Of a stretch of DNA of 64,000 nucleotides, positions 56,403 to 64,000 are shown in pieces. Origin of the DNA: Spirochaetia bacterium (GTDB taxonomy: Bacteria; Spirochaetota; Spirochaetia; UBA9216); NCBI GenBank assembly GCA_963677925.2, contig CAXXYH010000004.1:1952001-2016000 (forward strand), written 5' to 3'. The notes under the pieces were generated by a model. That model saw nothing but the letters and a program-made list of their open reading frames with translations. It made no database searches and had not been told where the DNA came from. How positions within the stretch are numbered: the stretch's first letter is position 1; every line of letters begins with the position of its first letter. The position numbers and the translations under genes are program-made.

Positions 56403-56870
56403 ATGGAAGATGTAAATTATGTAATCATGATAGGACGGCTTACCCGTGACGCGGAACTGAAATATACCAATTCCGGTCTTGCTGTAAGCAGCTTTTCTCT
56501 CGCTGTCAATCGAAGAAAGAGGTCAGGCGACAGTTGGGAAGATGAAGTATCGTTCTTTGATCTTGCACTTTTTGGAAAGCGTGCCGAATCCCTTAACCAG
56601 TACCTTACAAAGGGTCAGCAGGTTGCTGTAGAAGGTTCACTTCAGCAGGACCGGTGGGAACAGGACGGAAAATCAAGAAGCAAGGTCAGGATTATTGCAA
56701 ATAATATTCAGCTCCTGGGCGGCCGCGGCGGACAAGGCGGCGGTTTTCAGAAGGGCGGAGGAGCTCCGGGTGGAAGAAACAATTCCGGAAACGGATTTGG
56801 TGAAGAAGATAAATTCTATCCCGACAACAACAATTACTCCGCAGATTTTGAAGATGATATTCCATTCTAG
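56403..56870 (+). CDS. ssb: Single-stranded DNA-binding protein
   Basis: N.V..IGRLTRD.EL, KG..V.VEG.L, C-terminal DDIPF. Confidence 0.97.
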   Translation: MEDVNYVIMIGRLTRDAELKYTNSGLAVSSFSLAVNRRKRSGDSWEDEVSFFDLALFGKRAESLNQYLTKGQQVAVEGSLQQDRWEQDGKSRSKVRIIANNIQLLGGRGGQGGGFQKGGGAPGGRNNSGNGFGEEDKFYPDNNNYSADFEDDIPF

Positions 56871-56885
56871 ACAGGAGATTTAGAC

Positions 56886-57170
56886 ATGAGTGATGATAAT
56901 AGAAAGAACGATTCTATGGATAAGGGTGATGACAAAGGCGGATACAAAGGCCGCAATAAGACCTTCTTCAAGAAGAAAGTTTGTCGTTTCTGCACCCAGA
57001 AAGTAGTGATGGATTATAAAAATCCTGAAGTACTTAGAAGATTTGTTACAGAAAGCGGTAAAATACTGCCAAGAAGAATTACAGGGACATGTGCCAAACA
57101 CCAGAGACAGCTTGCCACTGAAATCAAAAGAGCAAGAGTGTTGGCTCTTCTTCCGTTCATGAAGAGATAA
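56886..57170 (+). CDS. rpsR: 30S ribosomal protein S18
   Basis: [31 protein letters not shown]. Confidence 0.97.
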   Translation: MSDDNRKNDSMDKGDDKGGYKGRNKTFFKKKVCRFCTQKVVMDYKNPEVLRRFVTESGKILPRRITGTCAKHQRQLATEIKRARVLALLPFMKR

Positions 57171-57173
57171 GGG

Positions 57174-58166
57174 ATGCTTCAGGTCAGAGACATAGGCAGC
57201 TGGAAAGATATAGGTGCTGCAGTGCTGATATCAGCGATATTCAGTCAGTTCGGAATGCTTATATTTTTTATGACACTGCCTCTATATGTTCTGTCGGCCA
57301 GAAGAAATTCCAGAGTCGTCATGACGGCGGCTTTATCCGTACTGGCGGTTAATCTTTTAATCGACGTATGGAACATGAGAGCGGTTACTGATACCGGTCT
57401 AAAGTGGGCGGTAATCGTCCTGGATATGATGATTCCGGTGCTTTTAACACTGGGCTTGTTCTTTGTCATAAATATTTTTCCGGGAATGACGGGAAAAAGA
57501 AAACTGTATAAACTGTTCGCTGCTACTGTTTTTTCAGTAGTTATAAGCCTGCCGGTATTCTTTATACTAAAGAACAACCAATTGTTTATATCTGCAATTG
57601 AGGAACAGTTTACTGCGATGGGCAGTATGTTTTTCAACAGTGAAAACAGAAATTTTGAAACAGAACTGATGCAGACGTATTTCGACGGTGAAACCTTTTT
57701 GGAATATCTGAAAGGATTTTATCTGAGATCTATAGTATTTATTTACTTTACGCTGCTTGCAGGGCTTACCAGAATGGGCGATGTTCTTCTGGCAAGATTC
57801 AGCAGGCGAAAGCTGCTTAATATCAGAGATTTTAAACTACCGGAGTTTTTACTCTGGCCGTTTCTTATTTCAGGAGCTCTGCTTGCTGTAGAAGTTTTTG
57901 AGCTGTTTAGTTTTTCTTATTTCTCTCCGGTAATCTGGAACGTGGGCTTTATTCTACTTCTGCTTTACGGATTGCAGGGACTTGCAATTATGAGAAGCCT
58001 GTATGTCAGATTTCGCATTCCCCCCGGACTTCAGCTTATGACTGAATTTATTTTCATTCTGCTGCTGTTTATGCCCGGTGTGAATTATATCGTGATAATA
58101 GGAATACCGCTGCTTGGAGTATCGGAAACCTGGATCAACTTACGAAAACCTATGAAGGAGTATTAA
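57174..58166 (+). CDS. DUF2232/YybS-like membrane protein
   Basis: Multi-TM, F.LP....W, QGL, LG....W...R; usual position between rpsR and rplI. Confidence 0.75.
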   Translation: MLQVRDIGSWKDIGAAVLISAIFSQFGMLIFFMTLPLYVLSARRNSRVVMTAALSVLAVNLLIDVWNMRAVTDTGLKWAVIVLDMMIPVLLTLGLFFVINIFPGMTGKRKLYKLFAATVFSVVISLPVFFILKNNQLFISAIEEQFTAMGSMFFNSENRNFETELMQTYFDGETFLEYLKGFYLRSIVFIYFTLLAGLTRMGDVLLARFSRRKLLNIRDFKLPEFLLWPFLISGALLAVEVFELFSFSYFSPVIWNVGFILLLLYGLQGLAIMRSLYVRFRIPPGLQLMTEFIFILLLFMPGVNYIVIIGIPLLGVSETWINLRKPMKEY

Positions 58167-58169
58167 ACC

Positions 58170-58805
58170 GTGAAGATAATACTTAACGAAGATGTATATA
58201 ACCTCGGAGAAGAGGGCGATGTATGTGTCGTTGCAGACGGTTATGCAAGAAACTACCTGATTCCTCAGGGACTTGCTGTTCTCTGCAACAAACAGTCGTT
58301 ATCTATGTTCGAACATAAAAAAGAAGCTATCGAGAAAAGAAAAGAAGAGAAGAGAAAAGAAGCTCTTGGCCTCAAGGAAAAACTTGAAGGTCTTACTCTT
58401 ACAATAAAAATGCCTGCCGGTGAAACAGGTAAACTTTTCGGTTCTGTAACCAATGCAGTTATTGCTGATGCTCTTGAGAAAGAGGGTGTTACAGTCGAGA
58501 AAAAGAAAATTGATGTTCCTACATCGAACATCAAAATGATTGGAAAATACACAGTTCTTGTTAAACTTTACAGCGGTGAGCTTGCGAAAATTGAGATCAT
58601 TGTAGAGAGTGTTGACGGAAAAGCTGAAGCTGCTCTTGCCAAGAAGCAGGAAGCTATGGCTGCAAAAGCTGCCAGGAAGGAAGCTGCTTCAGGAGCTGAA
58701 GAAACTGTAGACGCAGAAGAAGCTGAAGCTTCTGAAGAAGTGGAAGCCGAAGACGAGGTTGAAGCGGAAACTGAAGATGATTCTGCTGATTCAGATGAAG
58801 AGTAA
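58170..58805 (+). CDS. rplI: 50S ribosomal protein L9 with acidic C-terminal tail
   Basis: MKIIL..DV..LG..GDV..V..GYARNYLIP, GKLFGSVT. Confidence 0.97.
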   Translation: MKIILNEDVYNLGEEGDVCVVADGYARNYLIPQGLAVLCNKQSLSMFEHKKEAIEKRKEEKRKEALGLKEKLEGLTLTIKMPAGETGKLFGSVTNAVIADALEKEGVTVEKKKIDVPTSNIKMIGKYTVLVKLYSGELAKIEIIVESVDGKAEAALAKKQEAMAAKAARKEAASGAEETVDAEEAEASEEVEAEDEVEAETEDDSADSDEE

Positions 58806-58813
58806 CAGGAGTT

Positions 58814-60151
58814 ATGACTCCTGAAGTCCTGAAGGATAAAGTTCCGCCTCATAACGACGATGCCGAAAAGGCATCAATAGGGGCGATGCTCCTTGATCAG
58901 GACGCAATAGATTCGGTCCTCAGATATCTGAGGGCTGATGATTTCTATCGAACCGCACATAAAAAAATATTTCAGGCTATTATTGATCTCACAAACGCAT
59001 CCCAACCGGTTGATCTTATTACTCTTGCGGAAAAACTCCGTGAGAAAGGCGAAATAGAACAGTGCGGTGGACCTGCGTATATCAGTACTCTCTCGGATTT
59101 TGTACCTACCGCAGCCAACGTTGAGTATTATGCAAAGATTGTACGTGACTGCAGTGTAAGAAGACTTCTGATTAAAACGGCTTCTGAGATGATAGCATCT
59201 GCTCACGATGAAACGCTTGACGGCAGTGAGATTATCGAGGAATCCGAGAAGAAAATCTTTGAGATTGCTGATGGTAGTACATCCAGTACCTATAAAAATG
59301 CCGGTGATGTTGTTTCCAGGACCATTGAGGCCATTGAAAAGCTTTATCATACGAAAGATGCATATACCGGAGTCCCTTCCGGTTTTTCAGATCTTGATCA
59401 TATGACCAGCGGTTTTCAGAAATCAGAGTTCATAATTATTGGTGCACGTCCGTCTATCGGTAAAACTGCTCTGGCTCTTACTATGGCCTCGAATATTGCA
59501 GTTAAGCAGAAAATAAGCGTCGGCTTTTTCTCTCTTGAAATGTCTGACATGGCGCTTATGCAGCGTCTTGTTTCTTCAGAAGCAAGAATCAACTCAGGAG
59601 CCCTCCGTTCTGGAATGTTTAAAATGTCCGACTTTTCAAAACTGACCGAGGCTGCATCAAGAATCTATGAAGCTCCCTTATTCATAGATGATACACCCAA
59701 TATGAAACTTCTTCAGATTAGATCCACAGCAAGGCGCCTCAAGGCTCAGGAAGATGTGCAGATCATTTTTATTGACTATATTGGTCTTATTGAACCTGAA
59801 AATAAGGGTAGAACACCCAGGCATGAACAGGTTGGTGAGATTTCAAGGTCTTTAAAGGCTCTGGCCAGAGAGCTGGAAGTTCCGGTAATTGTTCTCTCTC
59901 AGGTAGGCCGGCAATCAGAGGGTGAGCCACCAAAACTCTCAGACCTGAGGGAATCAGGTTCCATCGAGCAGGATGCTGATGTTGTAATGTTTCTGCATAG
60001 AGATAGAGGTATTGAGGGTGAGGATCAGGATGCAGGACGAAAGACTGAACTGATAGTTGCCAAACAGAGAAACGGTCCTGTAGGAAAGGTTGATCTTGCC
60101 TTTATTCCGCAATACACTAGATTTGAATCGTTCAGCAGAGAATACAACTGA
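58814..60151 (+). CDS. dnaB: Replicative DNA helicase
   Basis: PPH...AE, GARPSIGKT, FSLEM, IDY, LSQ, DLRESGSIEQDAD, KQRNGP. Confidence 0.98.
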   Translation: MTPEVLKDKVPPHNDDAEKASIGAMLLDQDAIDSVLRYLRADDFYRTAHKKIFQAIIDLTNASQPVDLITLAEKLREKGEIEQCGGPAYISTLSDFVPTAANVEYYAKIVRDCSVRRLLIKTASEMIASAHDETLDGSEIIEESEKKIFEIADGSTSSTYKNAGDVVSRTIEAIEKLYHTKDAYTGVPSGFSDLDHMTSGFQKSEFIIIGARPSIGKTALALTMASNIAVKQKISVGFFSLEMSDMALMQRLVSSEARINSGALRSGMFKMSDFSKLTEAASRIYEAPLFIDDTPNMKLLQIRSTARRLKAQEDVQIIFIDYIGLIEPENKGRTPRHEQVGEISRSLKALARELEVPVIVLSQVGRQSEGEPPKLSDLRESGSIEQDADVVMFLHRDRGIEGEDQDAGRKTELIVAKQRNGPVGKVDLAFIPQYTRFESFSREYN

Positions 60152-60156
60152 TACAT

Positions 60157-60183
60157 TAAGAAGTTTTCTCTGCTGTCCGATAA
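60157..60183 (+). promoter_or_regulatory. sigma28-like promoter upstream of comFB
   Basis: TAAG-N15-TCCGATAA. Confidence 0.45.
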
Positions 60184-60214
60184 TTAATCTATCGAACACT
60201 TAAAGGGGATACTT

Positions 60215-60508
60215 ATGGGCTTTAAAGAAGAATATGAGCTTGAAATGCTTATAAATGAGGCAGAGAATCTTGTATTCGAGGAGCTTGAGCATCAGCTGTC
60301 TGAGACATGGGCTGAAGATTTCTGTAAATGCCAGGATTGTGTTCAGGATATGGCCGCTCTTGCTCTGAATTCCGTAAAACCTTTTTACCGTGCATCTCTT
60401 CTTGGGCGGGTATACGCTGAGTCATTATCAAATACGGATTATGAAGAAGATATTATCAAAGCCGTAAAGGACGCAATTGTAAAAATTTCCAGTAATCCTT
60501 CACATTGA
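60215..60508 (+). CDS. comFB: ComFB family protein
   Basis: N..E.LV, C.C..C..D..ALALN...P.Y, V..NP.H. Confidence 0.88.
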   Translation: MGFKEEYELEMLINEAENLVFEELEHQLSETWAEDFCKCQDCVQDMAALALNSVKPFYRASLLGRVYAESLSNTDYEEDIIKAVKDAIVKISSNPSH

Positions 60509-60570
60509 TCGGATCAAGAACAAAGAATGTGTTAAATTAATATATATATACTTACCACGGAAGGAAATAT

Positions 60571-61470
60571 ATGAAGAAAGCCATTACTTTATTTTTAATA
60601 AGTATTTTGTCTTTAACTGCTTTGATTGCAGAAGATGTTTATGTAGATTACGTAGACGGATATCTTGAAATCAAAGACGGCAGCAGCTGGATGGAATTAT
60701 GGATAGGAGATGCAATAGGCGACAGCGATATTCTTAAGCTTGGGCAGGGCTCATATGCTGAATTGTCTTATGGTGCAGACAGAATCAAGCTATCACGGCC
60801 TGGTGTTTATGAACTAAGCTCACTGCTTGGTGCCAGAAAAAATATGAACAGCAGCGGAGTAGGCGCCCTTTTAGCCGGGAAATTTAAAACTCTGCTTATA
60901 GATGATTCAACTAAAACAGAGGCTGCAGTTGGAGGAGTCCGGGCCGCAGAAGCTGAAAGTGTATCTGTTGACTGGATGACAAGCGAGACCGCGGAAATTA
61001 TAAAAGAAGGCAGAAGTTCTCTTCAGCTTGGTGTTGTTGACAAAGCTTTGGATCTGTTTAATGAAGCTCTGGATCTCTCCGCTGATGAATATGAAGAGTC
61101 TGAAGCATATTACTATATCGGTCTGGCACATGCAATGTCGGGAAACTACGGAGCTGCTCTTGAGAATCTGGATTTCGCTGATTTTGATACCGATTCTGAA
61201 TATTACAGTGAACTGTATATCCTTAAAGGTCAGCTTCTTGTTGAGAGCTCAGCCTATAAAGAAGCAGTTAAATGGCTTAACAGTTTTAAGTTTACTAATG
61301 CAAGAGCCGCTGAAGTCGACGACAAGCAGCAGCTTTATCTTATGCTTGCTGTTGCCCAGAGCAATTCCGGCATGAAGTCGGATGCAGTAAAAACTCTTGA
61401 TAAGCTTATTTCACTCGATAGAAATTCAGAGGCAGCCAAGGCCGCAGTGGATTTTAAAAATAGTCTTTAA
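60571..61470 (+). CDS. Exported FecR-like + TPR protein
   Basis: Signal peptide; V.YV.G..E......W..L..GD.....D.L..G..S.A.L, T..AVGGVR; C-terminal TPR helices. Confidence 0.75.
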   Translation: MKKAITLFLISILSLTALIAEDVYVDYVDGYLEIKDGSSWMELWIGDAIGDSDILKLGQGSYAELSYGADRIKLSRPGVYELSSLLGARKNMNSSGVGALLAGKFKTLLIDDSTKTEAAVGGVRAAEAESVSVDWMTSETAEIIKEGRSSLQLGVVDKALDLFNEALDLSADEYEESEAYYYIGLAHAMSGNYGAALENLDFADFDTDSEYYSELYILKGQLLVESSAYKEAVKWLNSFKFTNARAAEVDDKQQLYLMLAVAQSNSGMKSDAVKTLDKLISLDRNSEAAKAAVDFKNSL

Positions 61471-61494
61471 CAGATAACAGGATTGTTAATACAG

Positions 61495-61526
61495 AAAGCC
61501 GCTGAGTAAGATCAGCGGCTTTTTTT
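61495..61526. terminator. Bidirectional terminator between convergent genes
   Basis: AAAGCCGCTGA-GTAAGA-TCAGCGGCTTTTTTT; overlaps the stop codon of the LVIVD gene. Confidence 0.85.
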
Positions 61527-64000
61527 CTGCATCCATGATGGAATAAATATCTTTACATAGTTAATTCCGGTAATGTCTGCAATAAGGGCGTAATCTCCGG
61601 ATACTTCAATATCAGCTGCATATACTGTATCGCAGACACTTAGTATTACCGGCGCTGCTGGGTTGCTTGTATCGTAAACGCTAAGACCTTTGTATCCCTC
61701 AGCAATGTATAATGTCTTGTTACTGACAAATATATCTTCAGCATAATTTGTTTTAATAAATCCAACCTCTTCAGGTTTCTGTTCAATTTCAATGTTGAAT
61801 ATATGAATGCCGGATTTATCACCAGCATACAGGGTATTTCCGGATATTGATACAAACTTCGGAGAATTCAGTTCTATTGTTGTATACATCCCGCTGTTCT
61901 CAAAATCAGAGATATCGTATACAAGCAATCCATCTCTCCGATCCGCAATATATGCTGTTGATGTATCGGGGTTTTTCCTGATTACTGCACAATCTCTTGC
62001 ATCAGTGGTAGAAATATGTCCGATGAGTTTTTCATCTGTGAAAAAATATACTCCTGCACTTCCGCAGGATGCGATTGCAGTTCTTTCTGAAGAAGATAAT
62101 TTCAAAATCGATGAAGTAGGGGATGTGTTTAATACTGCTGGATTATTGTTCTTGTTGAAAGACAGATTCGCTGTGTCTGTTTTTAAAATTGCTAATTCTT
62201 CAGTTCCGGAACTGAAATATATACTGTTATCTAAAATGACCGCAGGACCGCCGTAAGCAGCTATTTTCATTGATGGGTGTTCCTTCGCGGATGGAGAAGA
62301 TATATCTATTAGATATAATCCTCCTTCTTTTGCAGAGACAAGTGCACTAGTTCCGTCTATATGCAGCGAGCTGACCTTTCCTGGGAAACTATCTTTTCCG
62401 ATTGAAAAAGATACTCCCTTCAGGAAGGTCTGAATGGCTGTAAGACCATTGCTGCCGGTAACTACAAGATTGTCCCCGGCAGGTTTTAAATCCACAGCGG
62501 GTTCTGACGTATATGAATCAAATATTACAGGTTTAGCCGGGTTAGAAACATTAATAATTTTAAGACCTGAATTGCCGTCAGCTATATATGCAAAGTTATC
62601 TTTTACGCTGACGGCTGAAGGTGAATTGAGTTTAAATGCTGATAGCCTGAAAGGATTTTTTATGTCTGTAATATCGGTTATTATAAATCCATCATTCGGA
62701 GATACTGTGTACAGCCTGGTCTCAATGATATCGATGTCGCTGATGCCGCTTATAGGATATGTTTTGATGTTTTCAAGGTTTCTGCTGTCGGATCGGTCAA
62801 AAACGTTCAATATGTTTAAATCCGCTGAAAAAAGGTGATTATCGGACATATACAGAGCGTATGATCCTGAATCACTCAGACTGGCAATACGGTCTGGAAA
62901 GCGGGCGTCTGACACATCCATTATTTTTAAACCGCTAGCTCCATCAGCTACATATAGAGTGTTGCGATCGACGGCAAGATCAAGAGCATTTCCCGTAGGT
63001 TTTGTTCCGGCCAGGAAGGGGGAAACCGGATCTATTATATTAACAACAGCAATTCCATTTTCACGGCAGGCTACATAGACATAATCTCCTGAGACTATAA
63101 GACTTTCTGCAGATTTTAAATCAAGACTGCCTGTTATAGACATATTACTGATATCTGAAATATCCACGATTCTCAAACCGCTGTCACCGGCTGCAACATA
63201 AGCATAGTTCCCTGAAATACTTATACCGTTTGGCTTGAAACTGCTAAGAGTGTCGAGTGATTTTACTCTTTCCTCAGGAGCCTTAAGAATTGTTGCAGAA
63301 CTGCTTTTACTGGCTGTCTCAGGGTATCCTGAAGGACTTATTCGGTAAAAATAATCTATTCCAAAGTATACATTTCTATCGGTATATTTCAGATCATTTA
63401 CAACTTGTGAGATAAGAACATAATCACCGTTGAGAGATTCAGATCGATAGACATCAAACGAATCAGTTCCAGGAATTGAATTCCAGGACAGGGATATCTG
63501 TCTGAATTCACCGGAAGCATTCAGCTTTATAGTATTGGCATCAATAGGAAGAAGTTCGGCAATATCCGATTTCAGATTTCCATATGGGGTCTCGGCAGTG
63601 ACTTTAGCTCTGTAGAGAAGCCCGGGCTGTATACCGGAAAGTACAATTTGAGAATCTGAAGATGTTAGTTTAACGGAACCGGAGCTGTCGGGATCACTGC
63701 GATCATCAGAAAGGTAAAAAGTGTAGGAGGTTGCTTCATTAATTGAATCCCAGCTTGCAGTGATTCTGTTGCCGGAATATTTCAGTGAAAGTCCCCCGAT
63801 GCCGGTATCTCCCCTTTCAATATTGATAAGCCTGCTTGCAGTATTTCCATTAATTGATTGTGCATCAAGCTTAAGCTGATATTTTCCATTAAGGCTGTAT
63901 GCAGGAATATATCCGGCGAAAGCTCCGTTATCATTCAGCTGCAAAGTTCCTGTGATCGCCTGTTCTGAATAGTTCTCTGTTGAAGTAAGTTCATAATTCA
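61512..64000 (-). CDS. Large Fn3 + LVIVD-repeat beta-propeller protein (5' end beyond the window)
   Basis: Fn3-like SW......Y.VYRS; many YAYVA.G..GL.IVDIS repeats; frame stays open to 64000. Confidence 0.88.
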   Translation of the reverse strand, partial: NYELTSTENYSEQAITGTLQLNDNGAFAGYIPAYSLNGKYQLKLDAQSINGNTASRLINIERGDTGIGGLSLKYSGNRITASWDSINEATSYTFYLSDDRSDPDSSGSVKLTSSDSQIVLSGIQPGLLYRAKVTAETPYGNLKSDIAELLPIDANTIKLNASGEFRQISLSWNSIPGTDSFDVYRSESLNGDYVLISQVVNDLKYTDRNVYFGIDYFYRISPSGYPETASKSSSATILKAPEERVKSLDTLSSFKPNGISISGNYAYVAAGDSGLRIVDISDISNMSITGSLDLKSAESLIVSGDYVYVACRENGIAVVNIIDPVSPFLAGTKPTGNALDLAVDRNTLYVADGASGLKIMDVSDARFPDRIASLSDSGSYALYMSDNHLFSADLNILNVFDRSDSRNLENIKTYPISGISDIDIIETRLYTVSPNDGFIITDITDIKNPFRLSAFKLNSPSAVSVKDNFAYIADGNSGLKIINVSNPAKPVIFDSYTSEPAVDLKPAGDNLVVTGSNGLTAIQTFLKGVSFSIGKDSFPGKVSSLHIDGTSALVSAKEGGLYLIDISSPSAKEHPSMKIAAYGGPAVILDNSIYFSSGTEELAILKTDTANLSFNKNNNPAVLNTSPTSSILKLSSSERTAIASCGSAGVYFFTDEKLIGHISTTDARDCAVIRKNPDTSTAYIADRRDGLLVYDISDFENSGMYTTIELNSPKFVSISGNTLYAGDKSGIHIFNIEIEQKPEEVGFIKTNYAEDIFVSNKTLYIAEGYKGLSVYDTSNPAAPVILSVCDTVYAADIEVSGDYALIADITGINYVKIFIPSWMQKKSR

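Noticed and set aside
58620-58805. Acidic extension of L9
   Set aside because: Low-complexity Ala/Glu tails on L9 occur in many bacteria; not distinctive.

Overview
A mostly core chromosomal region of a spirochaete (Spirochaetales-like: flaA, cheA/cheW-CheR/cheX/cheY, spiro-SPASM, loaP). From left to right it holds: (1) a minus-strand run wzz-loaP-capD-degT, a motif-degenerate xanthine-dehydrogenase-like trio, dnaE-yggT-recG-rsmD and the start of a hisZ-like gene; (2) a SPOR protein, ligA (split by one extra C), a TylF methyltransferase, a PEGA protein and xseAB; (3) a spiro-SPASM/GT2/SpsF/SpsG-methyltransferase/ATP-grasp/amidase/GerMN cluster ending at flaA, two probable beta-barrel genes, cheAWXY and tRNA-Val(GAC); (4) a more accessory stretch (about 40.7-55.5 kb) with a class III cyclase, MFS transporters, a satD + DUF3307-like pair, a lipoprotein + barrel/transglutaminase pair, a split TrcP-like deaminase + RluA pair and a YtrA-ABC operon; (5) rpsF-ssb-rpsR-DUF2232-rplI-dnaB, comFB, a FecR/TPR protein and a partial LVIVD protein. 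The most interesting signals are an array of three 19-bp palindromes at exact 29-bp spacing over a leaderless satD promoter, the split tRNA C-to-pseudouridine editor, recurrent sigma28-like promoters (including before spiro-SPASM, the cyclase and comFB), the Moco-motif-degenerate XDH trio coupled to glycan genes, and many apparently leaderless promoters. No CRISPR array, integrase or transposase was seen. All family calls come from motif recognition by eye; no database searches were run.
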